Of a stretch of DNA of 55,807 nucleotides, positions 12,572 to 25,584 are shown piece by piece (positions within the stretch are counted from its first letter, which is position 1; every line of letters begins with the position of its first letter). Location: the NCBI GenBank assembly GCA_000826855.1, contig JTLS01000105.1:1-55807 (forward strand), given 5' to 3'. The stretch is from Basidioascus undulatus. Taxonomy: Eukaryota. The notes beneath the pieces are model-generated. The model did not search any database, had not been told where the DNA came from, and was given only the letters and a program-made list of their open reading frames with translations. The translations under genes were made by a program, and so were the position numbers.

Positions 12572-14176
12572 ATGACGGCGTCCTTCCCTCCCTTGACGCC
12601 CACCCTGGCGCGCTCGCCGTCCCCCCTGCTCTTCCGCCTCCGCACACTCTTCTACTCGCTCACCCTCGCATTCATCCACAACCCACTCACCGTCCTTGTG
12701 CGCCCCTCCATCTCCTTACTCCTAGCATCCCCTGCTCACCCCCTCCTTCCCAGCGCGTCCTCCTTACCCACCTCACCCCCCTCCGGCCCCACGCGCGCTG
12801 GACCCTAACACAGCACCTCGTCTACCTTCTCGCGCAAGCATCCAACCGGCGCACAACCGCCTGGGAGCTCGCCCCGCCCCCGTCGGAAGCCGAGCGGTGG
12901 AGCATCCCCGCCGCAGCGAAGCGCCGGGCGGGGAAGGACCTAGGTGTGAAGGCCGTGCGGATCGAGGCGGCGGGAGAGGAGTGGGTGAAGGGTGAAGCGA
13001 AGCATGCGTTGGTTGAGCCGCAGAGCTTGCCGGGCTTTTGGGTCTGGACCAAGAAGGGCGGGGAGGAGGGGGAGGGGACGGGGAAAGCGAAGGAGGGCGA
13101 GAAGGTCGTGCTTTATCTGCATGGGGGTGAGTCTGCGAGGTCTGCGGTGGTGTTTGGGAAGCGCGCGCTGATACATGGGGGATGGGGATGGAAAGGCGGG
13201 TACATCCGCGAGCGCTCTCTGTCTATGCCGTTCGCGTTCAGCGTCGCGCGCGGGACGGGCTACCGCGTCCTTGCGCCTGAGTACCGTCTCTCTCTTTCGC
13301 CGACCAGTGCGTTCCTTCCCTTCTCCTGTCCTCTTCCACCCCTGGCTGACCTCCCCCCCAACCCAGCCGGTCACCCCGCCCCCCTCCTCGACGCGCTCGC
13401 GGCCTACCTACACCTCACGCGCACCCTCTCCTTCGACCCGCGCAACATCCTCCTCGCGGGCGACTCAGCGGGCGCGAACCTCTCCTCCGCGCTCCTCCTC
13501 TACCTCTCGTCTCTCCGCTCCAGCGGAGCAGACATTGCATTCCCCGGCAGCGTAGCGCTCGTTTCCGTGCGTCCTCTCTTCCCCTCCCCCATCATCCCTC
13601 TTTCACAGTTCTCACCCTCTCCCATCCTCCCGGCCCTCCACTTTGCTTTTCGTTCCTGCTCCCGACAAACAGCCATGGGTGGACCTAACCTCCTCCCACC
13701 CCTCAGTCCTCTCCAAATACCCCACCGACTTCCTCCCGCGCATGCACCCGCACTCCCCGCTCGTGACGGGCCACGCGCGGCACTTTCCGGGGCACCTCGC
13801 AAGCCCGTACTTCTCCCCCGCGCTGCCTACCACGCCGAGCGCGCTGTTTGAGCCGCTCGCACGCGAAGGAGTCAGGGTGTGGGTACAGGTGGGCGGGGCG
13901 GAGATGCTTAGAGACGAAGGTGCGTTGGCTTTTCTGCTTCTTCTTTTTTCTTTTTCGTTTTGTACCGCCGTGTTTTTGGAATGCGGGAAACTGACTCGAG
14001 ATGGGAACGGGATTTGGGTGGCAGGTATTGCCTACGCCCACAAGCTGCGCGAAGCAGGCGTCGACGTGGAGCTGAGCTACCTCGACGAGGAGGTGCACGA
14101 CGCGGTGAACCTCCATCGCCCGAGCAGGGGCGCAACGGAGGACCTGGTCAGGGCTGTGCGGGGGCTGCTTGCGTGA
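12572..14176 (+). CDS. Alpha/beta hydrolase, HSL-family esterase/lipase (Say1-like)
   Basis: LYLHG-G-GY oxyanion motif (intron-split), PEYRL, GDSAG nucleophile elbow, SPW, SPYFSP, GGAEMLRDE and VHD. Confidence 0.88.
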
Positions 14177-14872
14177 GATGGATGGAAAGGATAGAACGGA
14201 TGGATAGATTGATAAATTGATAGAGCTAAGAGGAATGGATTGATGATAGAGCTATTCGGCGTGGATGAGGCATGTCATCGTCAGGCGGATCATTGGCTGC
14301 CGGCACTGCTTGTGCCGAGTGCGCCCTGAACCTTTATCGCGATTTATTGCGCATCATGAACGATCATGAAGAGTGGCACGTCTTCCCACTGAAGACGCCG
14401 TCGAGCCTTCCAGAACGTTGTTCGAGGCTCGACTCGCTAACAAAGCGCTACTTGGGTGTGGTTTTCTGGCTTTTGGGATTGAGACGGCTTCACTATGAAG
14501 GTTTTTCATGAGACACTGTTTCCCTCTGCCACCGCCGCTGCAGCACATACTTCGTTTCTTCAGCCAACTTTGGCCAGCTTCACAAACCTTCAAGGCGTTT
14601 TCCTGCCTTTTCTGCTCCTTGTCTGCTGTGGTCTGCTCCTCGTGAAGCTGGCCCACAAAACTCCGGGGGCCCGTGAGGACGAGTGCGGGGCATTGAGGAC
14701 AGGCGGAGCAATGCCGCCTGGTTTTCGTCATTCCGGCCCGAACACCGCGAGCAAGATATTCCACTTTCTCAGCAACTCGGCGACGTGCCTCTCTTCGCCA
14801 TCGCCACCCTCCGATTGTTGACCGTGCAGATACTTCTTATACCAACTGGCCGCATCCCGCAACAAAACAGAA

Positions 14873-17800
14873 ATGTGTGCCCGAGGCCGACCTGCTAGCC
14901 TTGACGTGTCCCACTAATCAAGATCTCCCGTATCCGCAGGGCGACTCCCGCGCCCCCACCCGAAGCTGTCCTCGCCGACCGCTTCCCAGACTCCGCGCTC
15001 GATGACGCGTCCGACGAGGAAGTCGACGCGGAGGCATACGCGTCTTCCTCGGCCGTGCCGCGGCGCTTCTCGCGCAAGCAGTCGCGGGGCGCGACGAACG
15101 AGGAAGTGGGCGGGCTGTTCACGCCCGCCGAGCGGCGTGCGTCGCGGCGCGCCTCCCAGCGCGCCGCCGTGGAGGGCGTGTCGCCCCTCCGGCGCGGGAG
15201 CAGCGTGCGCGAGAAGGAGCGCCGCCCGAGCTCAGTGAAGGACCGGAGGCCGAGCGTGAACGCTGGTGGTGGCGTTGGCGTGGCCGGACTCGAGCCCTTT
15301 CCACCGGCGATCACGGCGCTGCGGAAGGAGCCGGACAGCCTGAGCGCGCGCAGGCCGTCGAGAACGAGCGCGATTATTAGCGAAGAGGCGTGTCTGGGCG
15401 CGGCGGCCGTGGGAAGGGAGGAGAGCATCAAGGAGGAGGAGCTCACGCCTGCGCCGAGTCGCGCGGATATGAGCATCGAGGAGCCGGAGGACCCGAGGAT
15501 GACGGGGACGATCGGGAGCGCGAGGGGGATGACGGTGCTGGTGAGCCTGCGGGCTGGGTGGGCGCGACGTTGAGGTGAGGTCGCGGGCTGACGGATGGGC
15601 GTTCGGTAGTGCGTGACTTGCATGGCACAGTGTCTCGACAACGGTGCGCTCTGCGCCTAGCGTTTTCTGAGGGTGGGACTGACAAGCATTGCGCTCACAG
15701 TGTACATGACGGGCGTCAACAGTGCGTTTTGGTCATCTTCCTCCATGCAGCATCTGCACACCCGCTCACCTGTAGACAGTCGCCCTTCCCCACATCGGCG
15801 AGGAGCTCGGCCTCGCCGAAGGCTCGCTGACGTGGTTGGTCTCGGCGTACACCTTGACGTTTGGTGGATTTCTGCTTCTGGCCGGAGTGTTCGCCGACCG
15901 TTATGGGCGCACGCCGATCTTCTGCGGTACGTCTTCCGTCCGCGATCCCACCCATTCTTCGGGACCACCTTCTGATCAAGATGGCGGCAATGACAACCAG
16001 CGGGCATGGCTTGGATGTCCATCTTCACCATCGCTGTGGGTGTCGGCAAGACCGACATTCAATGCATCATCTTCCGGTGTGTACCTCCCTCTCCCCTTCT
16101 CTTCTTCAAGGCAGACCGCGAACTGACTCATCTTCCCGTCTACCAGCGCGTTGCAAGGTCTCGGTGCAGCTGCCACCGTGCCCTCGGCAATCGGGGTTCT
16201 GTCAAACTTTTTCGTTGGGAAGGAGCGACACCGCGCGCTTTCCATGTTCGGCGCGGCTGGTGCGGTTGGGTGAGCGCATCTTTCCGACTGAAACCCCCCT
16301 GAACGTGGAGAGTGCTGACGCCTTCCCGCAGCTTCGTTCTTGGCCTGATCCTCGGTGGTATGTACTCTCTTAGATCCCTGTGATCCTGCTTAGGTCAAAT
16401 CCTTTGTAACTTCTGTCCCACAGGTCTTCTCAGCGGCACGCTAGGCTGGCGGTATTTCTCCCGTGCCCTCCCATTCTGTTCCCTATTGACCTGACTGGCC
16501 ACACTCTTCTCCGAACAGCTATCTCTTCTACATCACGGGCCCCGTCATCTTCGGCCTCGCCGTCATCGCATGGTTCAGCTTCCCCAAAGAGCGGAAGCAC
16601 GACGGCCCGAAGCCCGCGCTGGACTTCCTTGGCGCAGGGCTAGGGACAAGGTACGCTAGCCTCCCCTCCTCTGAAATTTCGCGGCTGTCCACTTAACTGA
16701 TAGAACGCTGGGACAGTGGAATGATTCTCCTCACTTTCGCGCTGAGCCAGTCGGAGGTGTCTGGGTGGAAGAGCCCCATGATCGTCGCCCCCCTGATCGT
16801 CAGCGTGCTCGCCATGCTCGCATTCGCCTACGCCGAGAAGAAGGTCAAGAACGCTATCATGCCCGTACGCCGCACCCTCCCGCCTTCTTGTCTCCTGTTC
16901 CTCGCGCTACCACGCGGCTGAACACGAACATTGCTCAGCTCTACCTGTGGAAACTGCCCTCCTTCGCAGGCATTTGGTGCTCGGGCTTCCTCCTGTACAC
17001 ATGGTGGGCAAGCGTTGTCTACTACCTCACATTGATTGCACAGGTTCGTCGCATCGTCCCTTACTAAGCAATATCCGTGCTGACCCAATCACGGGGGTCA
17101 TGCAGGAAGTGCTCCTCATCTCTCCGCTCGGGACGGCCCTGCGCTTTGCCGTGCGTTTCCATCACGCACCTACACCACGAGAACGGCCGCATGCTTACAT
17201 TTCCAATGACCGCTGCAGCCCATGGGTCTCGTGGGCTTCGTCGTCTCCATGTCGATGGGACGGGCTGTCGAGCAGTACGCTACCCGGACCTTGCAGGTGG
17301 TCCAACAACTTGCTCTGACGTTCGTCATCCACCTTTCCCAGCTTCCCCATCAAGCCTCTTCTCGTCGGCGGACTCGGCCTCTGCGCAGTCGCTCCCCTGC
17401 CCGCGGCATTCCTGAAAGCCGACGGCAACTTCTGGGCGTGCGTCTGTCCGTTGTGGTCGGCGCGCTTTGCACCCATTGCTGACAGAGATTTATGCTGCTC
17501 TACACAGCTTTGTATTCCCAACTTCAATGTTGGGTGTCGCGGCAGTTTCAATTGCGTACGGATCCTCGCCTTTCTGGTTCATCAGCTGGCGTTCGCTGAC
17601 GCCTTTTGGCCCATCAGATACAATGTGGCTTCGATCGCGCTTGTTTCGGCTGTCCCGCCGGGGGCTAAATCGCTTGCTGGAGGCCTGATCAACACGGTAA
17701 GTCCTACTTCTTTTCTATTCGCGGGTTTCTCCTCAAACTCAACGCGTCGTCGGCAGGCGTTTCAAATCGGCAGCGGCGTTGGCCTTGCCATTACCTCCGT

Positions 17801-18063
17801 GGTCTCGTCCTCAGTCGTTAACAAGCACCCCGAATCGGAGCATGGTACTCCGTCGGTGATTATGGAGGGTTATTCCGTACGTGTTCGCACCGCGCTGTTC
17901 TCCCCTTAGCCACTGTCGCCTATGTGCTTGCTGATCGCCCTGTACCGCCAACCAGGCTGCCCTTTTCACGACTTGCGGGCTGGCTGGGCTAGCGTTTCTG
18001 CTGAGCTTGTTCGCTATTAGGGGCGGACAGCAGGCAACCACGGGTATGATGGTCGCTCACTAG
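14873..18063 (+). CDS. MFS drug:H+ antiporter-2 (DHA2, Atr1/EmrB-like)
   Basis: Spliced motifs CMAQCLDN-VYMTGVN-IALPHIG, WLVSAYTLTFGGFLLLAGVFADRYGR, RALQGLGAAATVPSA, LGWR, LDFLGA and LAGGLINT-AFQIGSG. Stop TAG at 18061-18063. Start inferred as AT(14873-14874)+G(14940). Confidence 0.88.
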
Positions 18064-18359
18064 CTTAGATGTTCGAGTTAAGAGATCACTGGGAGAGACC
18101 AGGTGGGACACGGACTGGACCGTCACCGGACTGCCTCGAGAGTTGTACTAGTATGCGTTTTTAGCTTTGCTACTTTTTCATTAGGCTGCAATTTTCTGTT
18201 TTGTGAAGTCTGAAGCTGTGCAGTCGTGCGCCTGTTCTGATTGGTAGAGCTGGTTGGTCCTGCAGTTAATTGGCGCTGCCCCAACCTGCACCTCCAGAAC
18301 TGGCCCGACGCGTTCAAGACGCGAGCTTTCAGCGCGGCTTCTTTCTCCTCCCACACGCC

Positions 18360-19208
18360 ATGTCTCCGCCGGCTTCCTCCGCTTCTGCGCGCACTCAAAG
18401 CTGGCCCTGCCGATGGGACTACTGCAGACTCGAGTTCCTGAGCGAGTACCTGCTCATTGAGCACGTCGAGCGCGAGCACGTCGCGACCGCGGTGCCGATC
18501 AAGCGATCGCAGCTTCACGCGGTCCTGCACGCTGAGGGCGGTGCGTTGCTTCCTCCTTGAGTGATACCTAGCGGGGGAACTGAAACTCACATATATCGTG
18601 GCGTATCTGGGTGAGGGGCAGAGGCCAGCTTGGGGGTGCGCGGGCAGGAGGAACTGGACACACAGGCGTTCGGGGGTCTAGCCGGCCTCAATACGTCGGG
18701 CGAGTCATCCGCTCTTCCAAATCCCCCATATTCCCCGCCAGCCCCGCCCATTCCCGCACAACTGTCCGACGACGATGCCGCGTGCGCCTCCGCGTCGGCC
18801 TCTGCAGGCAGCGCCACGCAAACGCCAACGCAAACGCAATGGGTGTTCAACGCCCCGGCCGAACCGCCTTCCCCTCCGCCCGTCCCTTCCCCGTCCTTCT
18901 TCGAAGCGCACCCCGAACTGCTACAGGACTCCCCACCTTCTCAGCGATCCGCACCTTCGTCCTCGTCCAACTACGTCACGCCGCAGGAAGGCGCGTCCCG
19001 CCCGCCGTCTGGGCGGAGCCTGGTGCCCGAGTACCCGGACTCACAGCCCCACCTCAACCAGCACAGCGAGGCGCTGTACGAGGAGGAGGATCTGCTCGGC
19101 GGTATGGCCACGCAGGCTCCGCCATTTGGGGGAAGCAGCGGTGGGAGTGGCGAGGCTGCACAGGGAGAGGCGGCGGATCGGTGGGAGGTGCAGAGTCAGG
19201 GTGGATAA
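18360..19208 (+). CDS. Single C2H2 zinc-finger protein with acidic, Pro/Ser-rich disordered tail
   Basis: CRWDYCRLEFLSEYLLIEHVEREH (C-x4-C-x12-H-x4-H) in exon 1. A GT-AG intron at ~18541-18627 leads to an exon ending EVQSQGG*. Confidence 0.65.
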
Positions 19209-19499
19209 TTGAATGGGATTCTTGCAGTCCAAAGCAGTGCGAGGCAGCGTCAGCACTTGCATTGGTCGAGCAACACATCCATAAAAGACAGTCATCGAGG
19301 CCGCGATCTTCGCATATTGAAACTCTATTGGGTACCGGTCTTCAGATTGAGAAGCAAGCAGCGGATGAACCGAACAACTTACTGTTGTGAGAGGGTCATC
19401 GCGTATCCTATCGAGCTCAGACCAGCTCCAGCATATCTGAGCCGGGGGAATGCAACGATAGTCATTCGGAAGGCATTTGCCGGCTACAGTACAGCAAAG

Positions 19500-20320
19500 A
19501 GAACCCAGGACAGTGAAACTCGAAGCTCGAAGCAACAACCAAGCATCAATACTAAACGTCCAGCACGGTCACACCGCCGTCTTCAATCCCAAACGAAACG
19601 GTGATAGGGAAGCCTCCAAAAACAGTCAGAAACATCCACGTCACGCTGCAGAGCGTAAGCATGGTCAAGCGTGCGGTTGGAGGCGTCGAGCAACGTAGCT
19701 CCAGACTCATCCTTCTAGATTCCGGCAGAGATCAAGGGTGAGCTCTCCCAAGGTGTCTACCATGAAGGAGATCGGTAGAGCATGGTCGATGGCCAAGGTG
19801 AGGCTGCGAAAATCTGTCAAAGTCGCCAAAGTGTGACCGACTGAACGGGAGTGTGTGTCGTCGCCGAGAAGCCTGCTCGGCCATGTGCGGAAAGGACACC
19901 TGCCTCAAAACAGGTAGGCCGGAGAGCATGGTCTGGAGCGTAGCGATATCGGAAGTTGTCAGGTGTGGTAGCACCACCACAAGAGCAGTCCTTGATCCGC
20001 AACTCCGATCGTAACGTGCCTAAACTAATTGAATAAGCTTAGGTTTTGGCGAAGTATAGAATATGTTTTCACACACGGATCACGCTCGGCAGGAGGGCGT
20101 TCTGGCCTATGAGGTCGGAGAAGGACGCGAACGAATCCGTGGCGACCTGGACGCCATGCTCGAACATCACAGGCAGCAGAATGGCGCGCATCTTGGCACT
20201 CGTGCAGGAATGGACTTGAACGTGTTCGCAGAACTTCCCTAACTCGGCAAGAATCTCGTTCGGGAGACACTCGATCGAAGGAAGCGAGACGCCCGAGCTT
20301 GGAGGCAACGACAGATGCAC
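19500..20320 (-). pseudogene. F-box/LRR-like gene relic
   Basis: F-box-like SIECLPNEILAELG followed by LRR-like pieces (LSGLPVLRQVSF; TLATLTDFRSLTLAID; LGELTLDLCRNL) that switch frame and hit stops. The listed ORF begins at GTG, not ATG. Confidence 0.5.
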
Positions 20321-21363
20321 TGGCGGTAAAGCCGGAGTGCACGATGACAGTCGACGTGGCTCTGCACGCGGTCTGTGATTGAAATAGAAGATTTAGAGGG
20401 GTCTTTTATGAGCGCTCGGTGTTGGAGTGGACAAGAGATAAGTAATGGGAGGAAGAGAACCGGGGGCGCTCCCGAGGTCTGCCGCCGTGTATTCTGCCCA
20501 CCGCGTAGGTTCAACTGGACATTAACGGGTCTGAAACAAGCACCATATACTCGGACCAAGCGTGTTCAGATATGTATGGAAAATGTAAATTCACACTGTC
20601 AGCACCCCAAACGGGTGAAAAACACATCCGGCGCTGGAAGCAACAAACCGCCAGGAAGGCGCAGGTGAACTTTCCTCACCATCTTTCCCGTGAGGGCATT
20701 AAAAATATATATGTACTCAAAGGAGGGTGGGTACACATGTTCCACTAGAGCAAAGGCATACACCAGTTTCTCCCCTCCACCGACGCAACAAAATGATGTG
20801 ACCCGGTACTTTCAACCGACAAGGAAGAGCCAGGGGGCAACGTTTCCTTGCCAGTGAGATTCAGAAACAACGTCATGTTCCCAGATCTCAGCTGAATGCA
20901 GCCTTAAAAGGCAGTTTCAGCGACCGGGCGGCGCAAATCCACCCGACTTCCCGCAGTGTAACAGCAACTGGTGCGCTTGAGCTCTTGCCCAGTGGTGTGG
21001 AGGAGCATCCCAGACGTGAAACTATTCTAGACAAACAAAATTGATCTCGTGACTACAGATTACGGGTCACCGAGGTGCAGGTGGACAGTGCCGTGCCTAT
21101 CACTGTTCACACAGTCCGTGAAGGCCGGCCGGGGGGGATTTGAACAACGGTGCTTGACCAGTTGCGATAGGGGAACAACATGAAACAGTATTCAACTTAC
21201 AGCAGTGTGTTATAGAATGTGCGGGGGCTGATCTCCGAAGGCCGCTTGCGTGAAGGATGCCGCATTTAACTGACTCGAGGGGGTCACGGACTATCTCTCT
21301 CGCTTCGGATGGACATTCACAGATTTGTAAATTGTACTGCGACATGCAGCTCACATCAATCAA

Positions 21364-22842
21364 TCAATGCGCCGGAGAGACGCCCCCCCGTTCCGCGCCC
21401 TCATCATCGCTATCCACATCCAGCGCCGCGCCCAGCGTGTCTCTATTCCAGACCCGCGCAAACTCCTCGATCCCTCGTCCTTCACTGACATCCACCACAT
21501 CCTTCGGGACCATATGCGCGCCATAGACCGGGCTGGCCTGGCTCGCGGCGGGGTGAGCAGCATGGTCGATGACCCTGAGCTCAGGCAGGCGCCCGATCTC
21601 GAACACGTCCTCCTCCTCTTCGTCCTCGACGGGCACGGGCGCGGCAGTCCGGGACTCGGTACCGGGAGTGAAGGGCGTTGCTCCGCGGTCGGGCGGCGTG
21701 GGGAGTGTGCGCGGGGAGGCCGAGGGCGTGAAGGAGACGGCGGGGGGCGAGCGGAGGTGCGTGAGGTAGAGCGCGTAGAGCTCTTGCGGGGAGAAGAGGA
21801 GCGTGTCGGTCCGTGGGGAGAAGGGGTTGAAGTCGATTAGGAAGAGACGCGTGCGGTCGCGAGTCAAGTAGACGTCGAAAACGTCTGTGTACCGAGACGG
21901 CGACGGAAGGAAGAGGGTGAGAGCTGGTAGGCGCAACACCGGGAAGGAAGCGGAAGACGCACAGTCCCGGTCAGGGTACCGCACACGCACAACCTCTTCC
22001 CAGAAAGAAATGATCTTCGACCGGATAATGGACTGCAATTCATCTTCCTGGAGGAAAGCGTAGAAGTTGGGGTCGCGCTGGGAAATGGCTGTGCAATATC
22101 GGAAGTTGAGCGCAAGCGACAAGACCGTGACAACAACACGCACCGAGCAACACATCGTCCCTCACGAAGCACCTGAACTCGTGGCTCCGCGGCATCTCAA
22201 ACCACTTCTTGAGCACAAGCTCCCACCCGACGTCGCGCCCGTCGACGCCGGACTCGCCGACGTCGATACACCCCTCGAACGCGCCGCCGGCGAGCTCGCC
22301 CGCAATGAAGTCGGACGACTTGAGGAGGAGGTAGACATCTGACGGCGTCACGCATTTGAGGGTGCGCGTCGGGCTGATCCACGCGGCGTCGAGGGGCGCA
22401 GACCAATTGAGCTTCGGGAAGACGCCGGTGCGGAAGGTCGAGATGGTGGAGGAGATGGCGGAGGAGAGGGAGGGGAAGGATGGTGGGGGGATGCTATAGA
22501 GCTCCCATATTCAGTACTGATTCTCCAGACCATCTCAAGCCGAAGTCAAAGAATCGACACTCACACATCTTCGTCCTCCTCGTCCGTGTCATCGTCGCTG
22601 TCTCCCTCCTCCTTCGGCAGCACGACCCTGTCCGTCTTAAGATAGGCCACGAATTCGGGGTCGAGCTTGAGAATGTTCACCCTCGGAGAGTGATCTCGGA
22701 ACAGGGCGTGCCATGAGGAATATTGGCAATTGAGAACGTGCGAGACAAGAAGCGGAGGGTACAACGGCGGAACGCCCGAGGCGCTCGCGGCCGGCGCTGC
22801 TGCCGCTGTTTCGTCGGCGGGGTCCGGTACGGGAACGGGCAT
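21364..22842 (-). CDS. CDC123: Cell division cycle protein 123 (D123 family, eIF2 assembly ATP-grasp factor)
   Basis: CQYSSWH, GVFPKLNWSAPLDAAWI, DVYLLLKSSDFI, LVLKKWF, EFRCFVRD, AISQRD, VFDVY and LIDFNPF motifs. Confidence 0.93.
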
Positions 22843-23401
22843 GACTCTGCTATGAGCTTCGCGGCTGAAGCGTGAGCGTCGGAGAGAACGAGAAGAGCGT
22901 CGACCGAGCGTAAGGATGACTTCCTCGTTCACACCCGAGCATCGCAACCCGTGAGAGAACTCTGGTCAGCACCGCACTTGAAAATGCCAAAAACTCAGCA
23001 GCAGATTGGATAAGTGGCCTGGATAAAAGCAGGTAGATCCTGAGGATTAAAGGCTTTGGAATGAGTCGGGCCAGAATGTCCAGGTTCCTCGTTGGCTCTT
23101 GAGGGCAACCTCACATTAGGGCGAGGATGTTGAGGCCGTGTGTCGATCATGACAGTCTGGAAAGCCTATCTTGTCGACTTTCGATGGTTTCCTGGGAAAA
23201 TTTAATATCCTTCAATGGTTGCAAAGAAACAAAAACCCATCTTCAAGCCGGGAGGACTTTACCTGGCCATGCCGAGGGAACTTATCAGGTCCGACTTCGT
23301 CCCGAAAAACAGCTTCGGATGCGCCCTGCTGCGTCGACATCTTCTCCAAGACTTGCACGCGTCTTGCCCACAGAAAACGTAATGTACAGCATTAAAATCC
23401 C

Positions 23402-24127
23402 CTATCCCTTCTCGCGGGTAGCAATCAGAGCCCCATACGCCCGTACGGCCTCTGCTTCGTGTGCTGCATACGCGTCGTGCCATGTGGTCCCAGGCTTTGC
23501 GGGTATCTGCAGAAGTCACCCAAATAGACGCATTATGACATCAAGATCTATTTCGAGACCTCACATTCTCTTGAAAAACCTGCAGAGCCACGGCGACGTC
23601 CCCGCCAGCAAAAGGGTAAGAACCAAGCAGCGTCGGGGGCTCTTCAGTGGACGCGTGAGCTGCCGCTGACAGGATAAGCTGCTGTGGTGGGGGGAACCTG
23701 GGATGTAACTCAACAGAATGAGCACCAATGACGACAATTGATACGGCTCGACTGGCGCCGCGGGTAGAGGTGGCTCTGCTGCAGCCGGCGGCTTTTTGAT
23801 CCTTTGGAGGTGTGCAAGATGCTCATCAAGTCCCCGTTGGAGTACCGAGCAGAGGAAAGGTATAAACTGACTTCCTCCAAGTGGCCGGAGTACTACACAT
23901 CCCGCACCCGAACTTCGTAGTCAGACCCTGCGTAAACAGCCGTTGATGGGAAGAAAACACTCGCCCCCTACTTCCCGCTCCTTGTTAGTGAGCTGAGGCT
24001 GTGTGTTCTGTGTCAGCCATGAATGGGGAAAAATGTGGGGCTAAAGCTCGGATGTTGTATCGAGTATTGAGCCCGTTACGAGCCTTTGCTCGGCTGTTGT
24101 GCTACCACAGCGAAGGAGGTGCCCCAT
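23402..24127 (-). CDS. Putative multi-exon orphan gene (Cys-containing N-terminus, Pro-rich linker, helical C-terminus), absent from the ORF track
   Basis: Phase-compatible GT-AG splicing gives MGHLLRCGSTTAEQRL/PQLTNKERE/GLTTKFGCGMCSTPATWRK/IKKPPAAAEPPLPAAPVEP/FPPPQQLIL...YPFAGGDVAVALQVFQEN/IPAKPGTTWHDAYAAHEAEAVRAYGALIATREKG*. Confidence 0.4.
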
Positions 24128-24670
24128 CGTTGACCGGTGAGTTGGGTAATCAGAACGAGGGATGCTAGAGAGAGGCACGCACCTTTTACTCTTTCTGACC
24201 GTGTTGGAGCATTATATAGTGTTAAGCGTGCTGATCATTCTCAGGTGTCAATCCTAGAGCTGAGCCTACCACTTGGAGCAGGAATCTCGGGCAACGCGAG
24301 TTGATAGCGGCCACGGGGGGTAGATGAGAAGGGTTTTCAAGAAGTGGTAGCTGAAAATCAAAAGTCTCGGATCCTCCCAGGGGGGGAGGCGTGGAGGGAA
24401 GGCAGGAGACCTGTACCAACCTCCCGACGCCGCAGAGCTACCAGCAAGAGGACTAGCATTGCAAACGCTGTCAGTGTAGACTAGATAAGTCATTCTCAGA
24501 TTCTCACATATCCCCAATCAACCGCTTCTCTGCAGCACAGTGAAACACCCAGGACGTGCTCCGCACGCGATGCCGAACGGCCTCAAGGTCCTCAGGCAAC
24601 CACAGGTCCGCATGCGCGCCCTTTTCCAAATATACGATGAGGATGTCCGCCTTCGGGCAGGCACCAGAGT

Positions 24671-24684
24671 CCCCCCCCCCCCCN
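24671..24684. repeat. C13 homopolymer followed by an ambiguous base (assembly uncertainty)
   Basis: Thirteen Cs at 24671-24683 and n at 24684. Confidence 0.95.
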
Positions 24685-25584
24685 AGAAGTTACCATGTCC
24701 CATCCCTCACAAGACCGGTGATGAAGCGCTCCCATTGGGAAGAAGCCGGGACGGAGATGGAGACGCAAAGGTGAGGTTGGAGAACATGTGGACTCGGTCG
24801 GAAGTGCGTGGGAGGGGGGAATGGGTGTCGGCGGTCTTAAATAAGGCGTATTGGCACAGACAACTTTGAGTGTCCGATGGGATCCAAGGAACACGGCTAT
24901 GTATGATAAAAACCCACAACGCTTGACGGACCTTTGGAATGTGACGGAACGACACCGAACGCCATAGCCGGCATACTCAGCCCAAGAGCATCCGCAGGCG
25001 CTGGTCGTCGCCATCGCCATGCACGGAACGATAGGCAAGTTATAGGTGATATATAGTTCATGATTTTCGGAGTTGAAACGACAAAGTAGGAGTTCTTCAA
25101 ACACTGTGGCCAGGCGTCCATGCGCAGGCGTCCCGGCATCCTGTCTCTGGCATCAACACCTTCCCACCCGAAGCGACGCCGCTCGCACTGCGCAGTCATG
25201 CATGGTCTTCGTCGAACAGCACCTGATTCACTGGCCTGTCTGTAATTCCCAGTTTATCTTCCACTTTAATCGAGCTCAAGCAATAGTGTAAGCTAGCGGT
25301 AGAAATGTTGCGAGCACAGGCAGGCTCCCCGCTCCCGAGTAGGCTGTATCGGTCTGCTTTAATCGAGCTCGAGAGTTGAGCCTGTGGTTTTGGGGGTTAA
25401 AATTGATATTTCTCTAAGCCCCGGTCTGCTCTCAGGGTGCTACTGTACTGAAAACAAGACATAGAACGACAACGCAGCGAGTCGCTGCGAACCCGCAAAT
25501 GACGTCGGGGGCTCTATGCGACTTGCGGCTTTGGGAAACGGCAGGTGTCCCTTCGACACTCACATCGCCCTCAACGCGCTCGCC

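Noticed and set aside
14272..14830. Coding-like text between the hydrolase and MFS genes
   Set aside because: No frame gives a recognisable family or a consistent exon chain.
15055..15573. Stand-alone 172-aa ORF upstream of the MFS gene
   Set aside because: It splices in frame (GMTVL/CVTCMAQCLDN) into the transporter and is its N-terminal exon.
23259..23519. GIGDFN in a minus-strand ORF resembling a LINE AP-endonuclease motif
   Set aside because: No other endonuclease or reverse-transcriptase motifs nearby. It overlaps the stop of the alternative spliced model, so it is probably chance.
22944..25445. Possible terminal inverted repeats (gcaacccgtgagag vs gcaccctgagag) around the CDC123-PRP24 spacer
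   Set aside because: The match is short and gapped, with no target-site duplication or transposase recognised.
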